DNA from: Octopus vulgaris
Lineage: Eukaryota
Length of the DNA: 64,000 nucleotides
Direction of reading: 5' to 3'
Assembly: GCA_951406725.2 (NCBI GenBank)
Contig: OX597828.1
Span: 76,942,001-77,006,000 of the forward strand
Shown here: in pieces, positions 11,787 to 28,470 of the stretch
Position numbering within the stretch: position 1 is the first letter of the stretch
Layout of the letters: each line of letters opens with the position of its first letter
Notes under the pieces: model-generated
What the model saw: only the letters and a program-made list of their open reading frames with translations
Databases searched by the model: none
What the model was told of the DNA's origin: nothing
Translations under genes and position numbers: made by a program

Positions 11787-12859
11787 TATAAGTGAAGAAT
11801 CACTGAATAAAGGAGGAATCGCTGAGTAAAAGTCCAAGATTGTAGCGATTGATGGTGTTGGCAACAATAATAGAATTACTGTTTACAGAATAAATACTCC
11901 AGAGACATCAGATCCCAACATTTGCAACGTTCGTCTTTCGATTAAAATCGAGAGAAAAGATGTTAGCAATATTTTACGTTTTCTTATGTGTTTTTTTTTT
12001 ATGCTGTTCATCTGAATGTCGTTTAATTAGCAACCAAACAGAAACCCAAGAGAATTACTTCGTCAATTTCAACTGAAACTAATTGAAACGAAATACCTTC
12101 AGTCACAGCTTTTTTTTTTCTTCCACGGCCGCTCTTTGTTGTTTTCCAAACAAAGTAACGGTTATAATCCCACTTAAGAAACCAACACCTTAATTCACTC
12201 CAATTTTTATTAGGCTTCTTTGCACTTTATTTTAGTTTTCTCTCAAATCATGCTCACCTTTATATTTTGGGATCATAAAAGTGTAAAGAAAATCTTTTTT
12301 TCACCTCTCCCTTGTGCGTACCTATGTGTGTGCATCTATGTGGATGTTTATGTACACAGCTGTATTTGTGTCTGTGTGCGTTGCGCATTCGTTGTTACGT
12401 CTTTGTTCCTCTTATTTTTATTTATTTTATTTAATATCCTTTACCGAAACGGTTTTGTTTTGTTGCGAAAATCTTATAATATTTCACAGCGGGATCGCCA
12501 TAAAGTTGACTTTTATTTAGAAATTCTTCATCTTTTCTCTCAAATTATTTTTGCTCTTCGTTTTTACCGTTTTCTTCTTTCTTGGAATTCGATGCACGAG
12601 CAATGAGAATATTCTTTCTTGTGAGTAGAAGAGATGTTGTTCCCATTGCTCTTGTCGTTGTGGCGGCGATGATGGGCATAGTGTTGCTATTATTGTTCTT
12701 GTTCACGTTGGCATTGTTGACGCTGGCGTTTCAGTTGTTGTTCTTTTATTTTGGTGGTAGTCATGGTGATGACGGTTTGCTTAGTGTTTTTGTTGGTGAT
12801 ACTGAATAGGTTGGTAATGATATTGATGGTGACGATGCGCTTGTTTATATTTTCGATGC

Positions 12860-12870
12860 TCTCGTTGTTG

Positions 12871-12902
<32 letters not shown>

Positions 12903-13085
12903 GGTGGTGTTTGTATTAGAAGTGTTGTTCTTTTTGTTGGTGCTGGTGGTGATGTTGTTCCTGTTTTTATTGTTGGTCATGCCGTTACTGTTATCGTTGT
13001 TGTTGTTGTTCTTCTTGAGGTTGTTGTTGCTGTTGTTATTATTGTTGTTCAAGCTGTTGTTGTTGGCGGTGGTGTTGGTGATGCT
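12860..13085. repeat. Degenerate (TTG)n/(GTG)n microsatellite
   Basis: Read directly. Confidence 0.85.
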
Positions 13086-13159
13086 AGTGGCAGTATCCTT
13101 GGTTTCAGCGTTGTTAAAGAATTCTGGTCGTTGACTTCCCTATCGTTAATACAACCATT

Positions 13160-13370
13160 ATTAATTTAGCCACGGCTCAGCTTTCATTGTAGAAAAATCT
13201 ACGATCAAACACAATTCACCGACGGCCATCTTAACAATTTTTTACGTCTACACAAAACTACATTTCCTATTGTGTCCTTTACTGAAGCCATTAGGGTGTG
13301 ATCTGAAGGTGATTTGACTTCTATTTATCGCAAGTTGATTCAAAGCGTAGTGAGCTTTCACTCGGCTCAT
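13160..13370 (+). mobile_element. Decayed interspersed repeat (SINE-like), with a related copy in reverse at about 29915-30090
   Basis: gggtgtgatctgaaggtgatttgacttctattt resembles the reverse complement of aagaaaaagcagtctaatcctcctccttcaag (about 29965-29995). Confidence 0.35.
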
Positions 13371-13569
13371 TGCTGGTGTTGTTCATGCTGAGGCTGTAGA
13401 GGCAGGATTTGGAAATTGTGGCAGACTTTAAATAAGTTACATATGTTTATCAACCCAACGAGCAATAAACCACTAATATACCACTCATATCTTAATTCTC
13501 AAATCGTATACCATACTGAGTGAGTCGTTACCGTATCACACAAAATGGTTAAAAGTTTGTTTTTTTTTT

Positions 13570-13665
13570 ACTTCTGAGTTCAAATTCACCCGACGTCGAC
13601 GTTGCATTTAATCCTTTCACGGATCAGTGAAATAAAGTATCAGATGAGCACGAATGGCGTCAATA
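13570..13665 (+). mobile_element. SINE family A fragment
   Basis: ttctgagttcaaatt...gtcgac...atcctttc...aataaagtatcag matches the family consensus seen in this window. Confidence 0.6.
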
Positions 13666-13669
13666 GTTA

Positions 13670-14283
<614 letters not shown>

Positions 14284-14329
14284 GTAACAGACAAACCTAT
14301 GTAAGTGTTTGGTAACACTCCTGTTATGA

Positions 14330-14702
14330 ATATCTCATTGGCTGCTCTTTCCCTTTTGTTGGTATAGAAACGCTCTGGTCTTTCAAGGACAGGGAATTGA
14401 ACAAAGGATGTAAGCAGTTAGAAAACTCAAGAACACACGAGAAAGATGACAAGGACATACCAGTACAAGTAAATAATGAAATTGAACAAATCGAGAAATA
14501 TTGTTTCAGGAGATAGAAGAAACTTTACCCAAAAGACTTCTCTTCAAAGTATGTTAATAAAATAAAGTTAACTCTAAGGCAGGAAAGAGGAACAAACGAA
14601 TCTAAACTCTATTTTAAAATTGCGTTCAAGACAAGAAGTTCATATAAAATACTTTGAAAATATTAGATAAACACGGTAGCCTTCAGGGACATAGGCATAT
14701 AC
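14330..14702 (+). pseudogene. Probable Penelope-like element remnant (RT thumb, linker and start of GIY-YIG)
   Basis: Manual translation gives NNEIEQIEKYCF..LYPKDF and FKIAFKTRSSYKIL*KY*INTVAFRDIGIY, resembling the PLE pattern EL..L...F..NGYP / KVAFK...L...KD....GVY. Truncated at a microsatellite. Confidence 0.4.
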
Positions 14703-14844
14703 ATACACACACACATGTATGTATACATATATACACACATATATATATATATTATATGTATATATAAATATGTATGTATGCATATATATATATATGTATA
14801 TATAGACATATATATGTATAAATATATATAGATAGGTAGATAGC

Positions 14845-14969
<125 letters not shown>

Positions 14970-15383
14970 CAGGTTTAGACTTACATCGTTGGTAGAAGGT
15001 TTACTACAGAACTAAAGTCTGTCAGCTCTGCATCTAAGTTCCTGCCTCGAAAACGGAATTATTTTATGGTGGAATAGGTAGATATACGTTATAGATTTCA
15101 TTTCACGGTTAATTTTCTGGCTTTCGGTTTTATTTGCTAAAAGCCATTCAGGTAAACTGCAAGATTTAACGAAATTAGGGAATGTATAGATTTGTGTATA
15201 AGCATACACTCATGCATAAATACATAGACACACTCACACACATATATACATATGAATATAGACGCATGTATAAATACATATATAAGTGCATTGCATACAC
15301 CACGAAAAATCTGCAAAGAGATATTAGATATTGTTTAACCATATATATGTGCGTCTGTGTGTATACATATGTGTATTTATGTA

Positions 15384-15432
<49 letters not shown>

Positions 15433-16510
15433 GTGTGTGCGTGTATTTGTGCGTACGTGCCTGTGTATATATATACATATGTGATTCATATTCAGTATGT
15501 GCTTATATAAATTATTCACAAGAATTTGCGCCCAAAGAATTCTATAGAAATAAAATTATCTGAAAGGTAGGTAATACGAACAAATGAACTTTGCTTAATA
15601 TTTTAACATCAGATTCCAGGAAGGAAATTCATACAATTACCCTTCCGAAAATATTCTGTTCGCTATGTATAGCTTTGGGCCACAGTCAGATACAGACACA
15701 TATACACACACACATTTACACACACGCGAATATTTATATATATATTTACATACATACTCTCATACAGTCTGATGTAATAACGGGGCACTACAACAGAACA
15801 ACTGCTAATGTTTCAAAGAAAGTTTTACGGTGCATACGCATTCCTTCGGGTGCAGAAACAGAAAAATATTTACCGCACTGACTTGACCTGTCTGTGCCGT
15901 TCCTCCCCGTGGAAACGACTTCTCCAAAATAACCTGGATAGCTGCTATATTTACATACATAAATCTGTTTTTGCCCCAATTTCTGGCATTTTTATTCCGG
16001 CATTTTCTGTCCATCACCTACATACAATTACAAACGTAATCACCTTTGTCACACAAACTAATATATAACTTCACACCACTCCATACACATAAACACACGC
16101 TTAGGCATATGTGTGTGTATGTGTGTGTGTGTTTGTGTGTTTGTGTATGTGTGTGCGAGTGTGTATAGCACACAAAGATATTCACGTTTCACAGACTAGA
16201 AATAGCGTAACATATAAACTTTTGCCATTCTCGGTCGTTTTTGCGCTATGCATATCGAACGTAGCCAGTCAATATATACAGATCTATATTTCAGTTATAC
16301 TGCAACACGAAAAGCTTTGCTATGTGAAAACGTATTTTCGCATTTTTATTGTTCTATGTATAAATATAGAGAATAAAACTCCCCTTTCTTTGAAGAGCAA
16401 AAGCTTTCTTATTTAAATGTATATATATACATATATATATATGTCAAAATGTGTGTCAAAATATTTTCGTCACTTAGAAACGGCGACCTGTTCACTGTTC
16501 GTGCAGCAAA

Positions 16511-16906
16511 CGCGGCGAGCTGGTAGAAACATTAGCACGACGGGCGAAATGCGTAGCTGTATTTCGTCTGCCATTACGTTCTGAATTCAAATTCCGCCGA
16601 GGTCGACTTTGTCTTTCATCCTTTCGGGGCCATTAAATTCAGTACCAGTTACGCACTGGGGTCGATATAATCGACTTAATCCGTTTGTCTCTCCTTGTTT
16701 GTCCCCTCTGTGTTTAGCTCCTTGTGGGTAGTAAAGAAATAGGTATTTCGTCTGCTGTTACGGTCTGAGTTAAAATTCCGTCGAGATTGACTTTGACTTT
16801 CATCCTTTCGGGGTTGATAATTTAAGTACCAGTTGCGTGCTGGAGTCGATCTAATCAACTGGCCCCCTCCCCCAAATTTCGGGCCTTGGGCTTAGAGTAG
16901 AAAAGA
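16511..16906 (+). mobile_element. SINE family A, tandem/dimeric copy
   Basis: gcggcgagctggtagaaacattagcac...ttctgaattcaaattccgccgaggtcgactttgtctttcatcctttcgggg...; the central block occurs twice. Confidence 0.85.
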
Positions 16907-16970
16907 ATATTTCATGCTGCACGAAATTTTGTCTGTGAACAGGTTGCCGTTTCAAAGCGACAAAATTTAT

Positions 16971-17035
<65 letters not shown>

Positions 17036-17036
17036 A

Positions 17037-17067
<31 letters not shown>

Positions 17068-17647
17068 CGTATATATATATAAATAAATAAATATATATAT
17101 ATATATATACTTACGTACATGCATACCAGACAGATAGTCTGACAGACATGCATACATCCATCCATACAGAAGCATGTATCAATGCCTGTGGGTATCCAAT
17201 TCTTTACAGAAAACTCTAATGCAACGCTGGCATCCATGACTGAATGGTTATTTCTTTACTAATATTCCATTTAAATTTGTTTCATATCTGAGACTGTCTT
17301 GCTTTGATATTTGCCCATTAATAAATTTCATATTTATTTAATTCTGCTACAGGCGCGGTAATGTATTCTCCATATTTTACTGATGCTTATTAAATAAGCA
17401 TTAGAAGTTGACTTTCGAAATCGCCATGAGTTTCGGCTTTAGGCAAGTAAAAAGTATACTCCATTCGCCGTCTACCAACTAATCATTGGACTTTTCCAGC
17501 CGTATGTACTCTCCGCAGTTATCATCCATCACATATGACAGAAACACAGTTAGTTGTACTCGACTTATGACTGCAATTTGTTCTGACTGGTCGTAAATCG
17601 ATTTCTTTTATATTTTTACACACACAGCAGTCTGTATTATACTATTA

Positions 17648-18688
17648 CTAGCATTAAAGACCCGTCGTTGCCGGGTCATAGTGCTAGTGCATGTATATAT
17701 GTGTATATATATGTGTACATATTACATGTACATCTATATATATACATCTACACATAAAATACAAAATACAAAGTTATATCTTGATATCGCTAGTGATAAC
17801 AACACTCAAAATATATAACAGACTTGAATTGTAGGCCCGTCTCTTGTAATTTCGATCACTCGTATTTTGTCCTCCCTCTTGTATAAAAGTGTGGCTATAA
17901 TCCAGCCTACCTCTACTTCGGGGGGGAGGGGGCATGTTCAATTTTTTTCCGGGACGTCCTACGTCCCAGATATAAAGGTTGAAATAAAATATTTCCACTT
18001 TGCAAGTTCGAGTCGAGTACTCTCTTGCACGCTCCGTTGACTCAAACCTTGCTTCTATTGTGACGAATTTACCCCCTCTGATTAGATATCTTTCATAGTC
18101 GCACCAAGACACTTTTCGAAGGTGCTTTCCTCCATGTGTTCAAATCTTTTTTCTCTACATTGTATACTTTATAGACAATAGTCTTTTCTTTAATTTAATT
18201 TTTTATTATCCATCTGGACTATTCCATTTCTGCACGCTAATTTTATTTTTAATTTATTCCCATTCATGTGAAACCACTTATTCAAGTTCAAGTCATTGAT
18301 GCAATTTTATACCAATTGCTATTTTTACTTTTGTTATGGTACGATTATATTATACTTTAGTTTGATTTTAATTATTACTTACTACATATAATTCAATTGT
18401 TATTATTATTTTTATTGTTAAAGTGAAAGTATCTGACATAAAATAGAGAAATATTTTTGTTTCACTTTTAACACGTAATACTGAAATAGTGGAGAAGATA
18501 TGATATTGCTATGGGCTCGCTCTAGGCAGGAAGTTGAACATTTTTTGCCCATGAAACTACATGGACCCTAAGTAAGGCATGTGTAAAATTTGAATGAAAT
18601 TGGTTGTGTAGTTCTCAAGTTTTAGGGAGACACACAGACAGACAGACAGACAGACAGACACACATTCTCAGTTTTATATATATAAAGA
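17648..18688 (-). mobile_element. Non-autonomous Helitron (about 1.04 kb)
   Basis: Minus strand starts A|TCTTTATATATATAAAA at 18688 and ends with hairpin GACCCG-N7-CGGGTC (17659-17677) followed by CTAG|T at 17648. It lies between A and T with no TSD and has an internal (CAGA)n. Confidence 0.85.
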
Positions 18689-18879
18689 TACTGGCGTAAG
18701 TCAAAATTTTTGTATTCCCAAACAGTCATCTTATCAACATATAGGAGGTTGTCTCGATGACTCCAAGACAGGATATTCATCCAACTCTTGCGATAACCAG
18801 AATGGCGATCGATGACCAAGCTTAGGGGAAGCGTTTGTTAGTTGACATCACCATAGACGGGTTAATTTCCAAGAAATTG

Positions 18880-19108
18880 TTTGTCCCCTCCCCCTATGTG
18901 TAGCCCCTTGTGGGTAATAAAGAAATAAGTATTTCGTCTGCTGCTACGTTCTGAGTTCAAATCCGCGGAGGTCGACATTGCCTTTCATCCTTTCGGGGTC
19001 GATTAAATAAGTACCAGTTACGCACTGGTGTCGATATAATCGGCTTAATCCGTTTGTCCGTCCTTGTTTTTCCTCTCTGTGTTTAGCTCCTTGTGGGTAG
19101 TAAAGAAA
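18880..19108 (+). mobile_element. SINE family A, partial tandem copy
   Basis: ttctgagttcaaatccgcggaggtcgacattgcctttcatcctttcggggtcgattaaataagtaccagttacgcactgg. Confidence 0.85.
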
Positions 19109-19628
19109 TGGACTATTTATTATTGCTGCCGGGAGGTGGCGCAGCAATCGTCATAAAGCAGATTGGCCGTAAGTCAGACAGGTCGTAACAGCTTCGGTGC
19201 TTACAATATCTAATTACGTCTCTATCAATGGCTAGTGACTTCAAGTTGAGCTATTTCTAATAATAATTACTGTTAATTAGGGTATCACATCGTACCATTT
19301 TGCCCCTATTACCTGCTGCCAAGATCAAAGTCAATGTCTGCTCATTTTCATCTGAAACAGAAAAATAAATCTGCTGTTTTTGTCTTGATTTTATAGTACT
19401 TACATCATTTTCATTCTCAGGCGTTGCCTCCCTTTTTCATCCCTATATTTTCAAGTTACTATGTGTGCAACACTGATGAAGCACTCAAAAACCGATTTTA
19501 AGATTAGTAAGGAATTAGATGAGAAGAGAACCAAAGAGCATTTCAATGTGGACTTCCTCATTTGTGTGAACAGATAAATAGGGCTCACGTACATATAGAA
19601 ACAGGTATGTGCGTTTATATACATACAT

Positions 19629-19698
<70 letters not shown>

Positions 19699-19703
19699 GT
19701 ATG

Positions 19704-19737
<34 letters not shown>

Positions 19738-19740
<3 letters not shown>

Positions 19741-20030
19741 AATCCAAACGGGAAAACAAAAAAACAACAACAATGGAACAATTACAGTATTATTATTAAT
19801 AGGCGCTCAGGAAATATGGAAGCAGGAAGGTATGACGTTTCGAGCGGAGCTCTTCGTCGGAAACATAAAGAAGGAAGAGAGAGGAAAGAAAGATCCCAAA
19901 GCGGGCAACAGGAGATGGAGAAAAAAACGACTGGTGTTTACGAGTTACACATGGTGAAAGGCGGAAGTTTACGATAACAAGAGCAAAGTAGGTTTTTAAA
20001 GCCAAAAGAGTGGAGACAGGGTTGGTAACG
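19738..20030 (-). mobile_element. TA-flanked repeat carrying a hammerhead motif (probable Penelope-like pLTR/3' end)
   Basis: Shares ttaatccaaac...aacaacaa...tggaacaa...agtattatt...cgctcaggaa with 28470-28560, and cgctcaggaa...acgtttc with 52965-53140 and 55885-56070. Confidence 0.6.
19829..19864 (-). ncRNA. Minimal hammerhead motif (U4C variant, extra A after A9)
   Basis: Minus strand: gttt-CCGACGA-A-GAGC-tcc-GCTC-GAAA-CG-TC-atac. Helix III is the palindrome ACGT and the triplet is GUC. Confidence 0.6.
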
Positions 20031-20732
20031 CAACAGATGTCTGTGTATGTGTGAGTGTGTGCGCGTGCGTGTGTGTATGTGTGTGTGAGGCGAGATAAAA
20101 AAACAAAAAATATATGTATGTGTTAGTGTGTGCGTCTGTGTGTAGGCGTGTGAGGTAGGGCGAGACAGTAGTAGGCATAGCAGACAGTGGTCAGTAGTAA
20201 GAAAATGAAGGAAGGAGGAAGGGAGGGAGGGGAAGGGGTGGGGGCGTATGTAGCGTGCCAGCTTGTGTTGAGTAGTAGTGTGTGTGTGTGTCCAGTGTCG
20301 TGGTAGTATTAATGGCGAGTAGATTGAATGTGTGTAAGAGTAATGTATATATTTAAGCAATGTGTGTGTGTGAGTGGGTGTGTATATGTGTGCGCGCGTG
20401 TGTAACAAAAAAGGGGGGTTAAGGAAAAAGGACTCCAGCTGAGGGGAAGATGGAAGAGTGGTCCCGCGGAGACGGGCGTGGGAAAACCCAACGACAAGCG
20501 ACGGTCCCAGGAACGAGCGGGAGGTCTCGTCGGGTCCAAGAGCGAGGTGCATGCAGCGCGCATGCGTGCGCGAACCGGCGCAAGCTCGTGTGTGCGCGCG
20601 CCTGCGAGTATGCGCGTAAGTATGTATGTGTGTGGATGTGTGAGTGTGTCTGTGTGTATGTCTGGGTGTCAGTGTGTCCGATGAATGTATGTGAGTATGT
20701 GTGTATATATGTGTGTGCATAGATGTATGTCC

Positions 20733-20767
<35 letters not shown>

Positions 20768-21351
20768 AGTGTGTATGTATGTACGTGTGGGTGTGTAGAA
20801 GTGTGTGTATGTGCATGTGTGTGCGCGTACATACAGGTGTGTGAGTGAGTGTGTGTGTGTATGTATGTGCGAGTGTGTATGTATGTGTGTGTAGGATGCA
20901 TGTATGTGTATGGGTGTATGTATGTGTGTGTGTATGTATGTATGTGTACGTATATACATATATACATATATACATATATACATATATATAGAGAGAGAGA
21001 GGGAGATAGATAGTCAGATAGATAAATACACACACACACACGTATATATATATATATATATATATATATAGGCGCAAGTGTGGCTGTATGATAAGAAGCT
21101 TACTTCCCAACGATATGGTTCCTGGTTCAGTCCAACTGTGTGGCATCTTGGGGGTCTTCTACTATAGCTTCGGGTCGACCAAAGTCTTAGTGGATTTAGT
21201 AGGCGCAAACTGAAAGAAGACCATCGTATATGTATATATATATATATATATATAAGTTCAGTAAAAATTTAGATTCAGTTGAAGATGGTACTGAAGTTAA
21301 AGGCACCAAAATTTGGTATGCTATTATCCATATAATTCAAAATGTGGGGAT

Positions 21352-21674
<323 letters not shown>

Positions 21675-22156
21675 TTGTATGTGTGTCTTTATCTGTGCGT
21701 CTGTGTTTGTCCTCCCACCATCACTCGACGACCGATGTTGGTGTCTTTACCTTACCATAGCTTAGCGGTTCAGCAAAAGATTTCGATAGAATAGTTACTC
21801 GGCTTACAAAGATTAAGCCCTGGTGTCAATTGGTTCAACCAAAGGCGGTGCTCCAGCTTAGCCGCATCAAAGTGACTGAAACAAGTAAAAGGGTAATATA
21901 TATATATATATATACATATACATACATTCATACATACATACATGCATACATGCATACATACATACATACATACATACATACATACATACATACATACATA
22001 CATACACACAAACGTGAATGGATCTGTGCGTGTTTGAGATGTGCTTTTGTTTATTACGGCGAAGCCCCGGTAGACTTAGTTAGTGCTTTAATTGGCAAAA
22101 ATACATAATAATTACTTCTTGAGATACGAAAGGGCTTAGAGAAGAATGCTATATAT

Positions 22157-22213
<57 letters not shown>

Positions 22214-22321
22214 TATACATATATACATATATACACACACATATATATATATATATATACTTATATATATCTATGTATATATATATGCATTTATATATAC
22301 GTATATATCTATCTATCTATC

Positions 22322-22356
<35 letters not shown>

Positions 22357-22971
22357 ATGCTTCATAGAGCAACGAAGCAAATACTTAACATGATTTTGTG
22401 TCTCATATGCCTGACACGTAACCCCAAATCTCTCCCATACGTCATTGAATGGTTCTTTCGCTAATTACTTGTTTGCAACCCAGCCACATGAGACCTCATT
22501 AGGTTTAAAGGATCTCCGAAGTAAAGGAAGACACTTGACAAGGAATATCCACATATTCAGAATTGGGGTACTTAATGAACTTTGGAGAATGAAGCAATAA
22601 AACGAAGATTGAAAATACATGAAGATAACATAAATTCATATTGTTGATATCCTAGAAGAATTGCTATAATAATATCAGTGTGTTTTTAAAAATGGCTTAT
22701 CGTAGCCTCGTTGACAGCGTGAGGCCCCCTAAGGAATCGGTTTTCAAAGAATGGCCTTATATACGAATCTAAGTAATTTTACTTAGTTTAGTGAACACAG
22801 TTTCAATGTACTTTGAGCTAAATTTTGTTTCATATTTATTGTGCTCAGCTGTAAACACCAAATGAGAAACTACAATCTGTGAGTCTATCGATAATATACC
22901 GGTAGAATTTATCAAACATTCTAACTTTATAGTTATCGATAATGAAGGAGTTTTCAGTCAAGAATATGAGA

Positions 22972-23003
<32 letters not shown>

Positions 23004-23739
23004 CCAACTAGCTTCAACTAGATATAGCTACATAATGGTGTGTATCAAATAGGTTCTATGTATTCTATAACAATCGACTGAATGTCCACAAATAAGGAAA
23101 TACAAATATCTTTGTTGTGCTAATCTTTAACAGATGCAAGCTCTACACAAAGATAGATATAAGAAGCGTAATGGTAATACGTTTACTTAGACTCAGAACG
23201 AAAACTACATCCCAATACTCCGACGGAGCGGATTCTGCTAAAAAATTCGCATTGATCAGTCGCTGGAAGATTATCATGATGTAAATTTTGCGAATCTAAA
23301 GCCGAAGCTCACGGCGATTGCGATTAAATGTGTCCTAATATCTATTTAATAAACATCCTTAATAGAATTGAAATACGCTACACTGCCAGTAGCAGTGCTA
23401 AATAAATATGAAATTTGGTAATAAATTTCACCATGGGTTGAAAACTTCAGGAAATGTCTGTTTCCATAGAGATGGTCGATCTAGCACTGGTGATCAGATT
23501 AGGGAAGCGAGAAGTATGTGTAAGCTGAATGGATTACGTGTAACTTTAATACAAGTAACTAACTTTGTCACACCAGTGTTACGTCGTTAGTTATCTGATT
23601 CGGATTTATTGTTCAAGGGATTTGTGTCAGCAGAATACGCGAAGACATTTCGTTAGAATTCATTGATTAAGCAGTTCCGTTCATCGACTGCCTTCAATAC
23701 TCAGTGTGCCTTCATCATCGCCGTCGTCAACTTTGTGTC

Positions 23740-25788
<2,049 letters not shown>

Positions 25789-26383
25789 TGGACAGTGATC
25801 GTAATAAAGATAATAATGTGTAATTTCAAGTCTAATATTTTCACCTCTCAAATCCGAAACTGAGAAAAAAATAATATTTTTATAAAGAAATAAAAAAAAT
25901 AGCGACAAAGTTAATTCATATGTTTGTTTTATTTATTTATTTAGTTTGTTTGCTTTATTTAGTTTTACTTTATCATTATTTTTTTATATATTTGTTTCTT
26001 TACTGAATATTCTTCATGAGGTTAGCATCAATTTTGACTCGTTCTAACTGCCTGTGTGCATCACTGCTCGCTCTATTGGTGCAGCAGCACATTCTATTCA
26101 ATAGCAAGATGGCGTTATTTCTGTTCAGGTCCTCAATATGTCTACCTTCCGGTCGCTGAGAAGAATAACATTCTCTTCGGTCGCTCGGGCAGATTTGCTT
26201 TATTTGCTTTATTTTCCTTTATTGTTTTTTCTTTTACTATTTTATTATTTTTATGACTTTTTCAATAATTTTCTTTTTTTTTTTTGGCGGGTGGGGGGTG
26301 TTGAGATTTTGCTAGGTATTTCTGTTTTACGAGTAGCATTATAGCATTGCCAGTTCGACATAACAATATTATGATCACCACTA

Positions 26384-26488
<105 letters not shown>

Positions 26489-26999
26489 GATAGTATATAT
26501 ATATATATCTGTACAAGCAGTTGTGGTGATGGTGGTGACGGTGGTGGTGGTGATGATGGTAGTAGTAGTAGTAGTAGTAGTAGTAATAGTAGTAGTAGTA
26601 GTAGTAGTTGTAGTAGTAGTAGTATTTAGTACAACATTAAAGAAGAGGAAAGCAGGAGCGAGTCTCTGTTCCGGCTTGCCGCCATATTTCTTTTTTTTGT
26701 CTCCTCCATTTTTCTCTTTATAACTATTTTGATGATTCCTACAATTGTCCTTTTGTTTTGCATATTCAAACTTTGTATCATCGCTTCCGTCTAATTCTTC
26801 TGTAATATTCTTATAATTACGGTCGCTGTTGAATATTCCATTTCTTGCCACCAGATATCATAATCAGTGTCATGTGTGTGCGTGTGCGTGCGACTGTGTG
26901 TGTTTGCGTGTGTTATGATGAACATGATAGCACTCACAGTAATGACAGTAATTCTTTCTATTATAATCACAGAACCTGAAATTTTGGTATAGGAATTTA

Positions 27000-27128
27000 G
27001 TCGAATCCCTGTGAATGAAAGGCAAAGTCGATCTCGGCGGAATTTGAATCCAGAACTCACAACCGGACAAAATTTCGCTAAGCATTTTTGGGACTGCATG
27101 TTAACGATTCCGCCAGCTCACCACCTTA
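27000..27128 (-). mobile_element. SINE family A, 5' part
   Basis: atgaaaggcaaagtcgatctcggcggaatttgaa...aacgattccgccagctcaccacctt is the reverse complement of the family A head. Confidence 0.8.
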
Positions 27129-27198
<70 letters not shown>

Positions 27199-27242
27199 CT
27201 ACTACTACAACAACAACAACATTGATAATAATAATAATAATA

Positions 27243-27799
27243 AATGCCCTGATGCAGTACGAGGCAGTGGCTCTCATTGGTTTCTCTTCTTAACTGATTG
27301 GAAGTGTTATCATGTATATTGTTTTGTCTTGGTATAAAAGATGGGCTACAGCAAATATTCTGCTCAATACCACAGATTTGCTTGTCAGTTGTTTGACCTT
27401 AACCAGTTGAGCATGTCCCTTAGTGGCTGACGATATGTGCATCTCTGATCACGAGCAGAAGTAGTGGGGGAGCATCATAGCCATGTGTTGCGAGGGATTC
27501 TTTGGGGTTTGAATAATTCATTTTGGAAACAAGGGTGTTTCGTTCAACATCCTTAAACAACCCTTATTCAGGGACCTTTGGGCGAGATGGGCTACTTAAC
27601 CAGAAGAAAATTCTAACTGGACCCCACCTGCAAGGCCATGTGCTGTTTATCTTGATATGGGATCACCATGTCGAGCTCACATGGTTGTGATGTATGTGCC
27701 TAGTGTACCCTTACTAGACGGGTAGTCATGATTGGTATACTGGGATTCGTATATTTTACCCCAGTGTCACTTTGATGGCATGCACTGCTCTCTCACTCA
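27243..27799 (+). mobile_element. Non-coding retroposed repeat (about 560 bp) embedded in (TAA)n
   Basis: (TAA)n on both sides; a diverged reverse copy at 38676-38992 shares ccttaaacaacccttattcagggacctttgg and ccccacctgcaag. Confidence 0.7.
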
Positions 27800-27814
27800 A
27801 TAATAATAATAATG

Positions 27815-27891
<77 letters not shown>

Positions 27892-27999
27892 CAATAATAG
27901 TAAAACCCTCAAATTCTTCACCATTACGACCGTATCAATAAATAAATTCAATACGTAAATCTATAACCAACTCCTAGATATGTAACTAAACGGTGACCA

Positions 28000-28037
<38 letters not shown>

Positions 28038-28270
28038 GCGCGGTCGTAGGATCGCGGTTTCGATTCCCAGACCGGGCATTGTGAGTGTTTATTGAGCGAA
28101 AACACCTAAAGCTCCACGTCTCCGGCAGGGGAGGGGGGCGATCCCTGCTGTACTCTTTCGCCACAACTTCTTTCCACTCTTTTTTCTGTTGTCCTGCTCG
28201 CTTAACCAGCGGAGTGGCGTCATTTGAAGGCTAAAATGATGCGGTCAATAAACACCGTGACCGACCGTGT
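28038..28270 (+). mobile_element. SINE family C (tRNA-like head) between TA tracts
   Basis: B-box-like ggtttcgattcc; central block atccctgctgtactctttcgccacaactt shared with about 37088-37145. Confidence 0.6.
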
Positions 28271-28382
28271 GTGTATATATATATATATCTACATATATAT
28301 ATATATGATATATATATATATCTACATATATATATATATATGATATATATATATATATAAATATACATTTTATATGTATGTG

Positions 28383-28469
<87 letters not shown>

Positions 28470-28470
<1 letters not shown>

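Noticed and set aside
19473-19500. CTGATGA motif
   Set aside because: No helix II or GAAA in register.
21071-21145. tRNA genes at SINE heads (also 33258 and 37770-37838)
   Set aside because: A/B-box-like sequence only; no full cloverleaf, and each continues into a SINE body.
26040-26200. Possible host exon or promoter
   Set aside because: Unique-looking, but no supportable ORF, splice pair or recognisable element.
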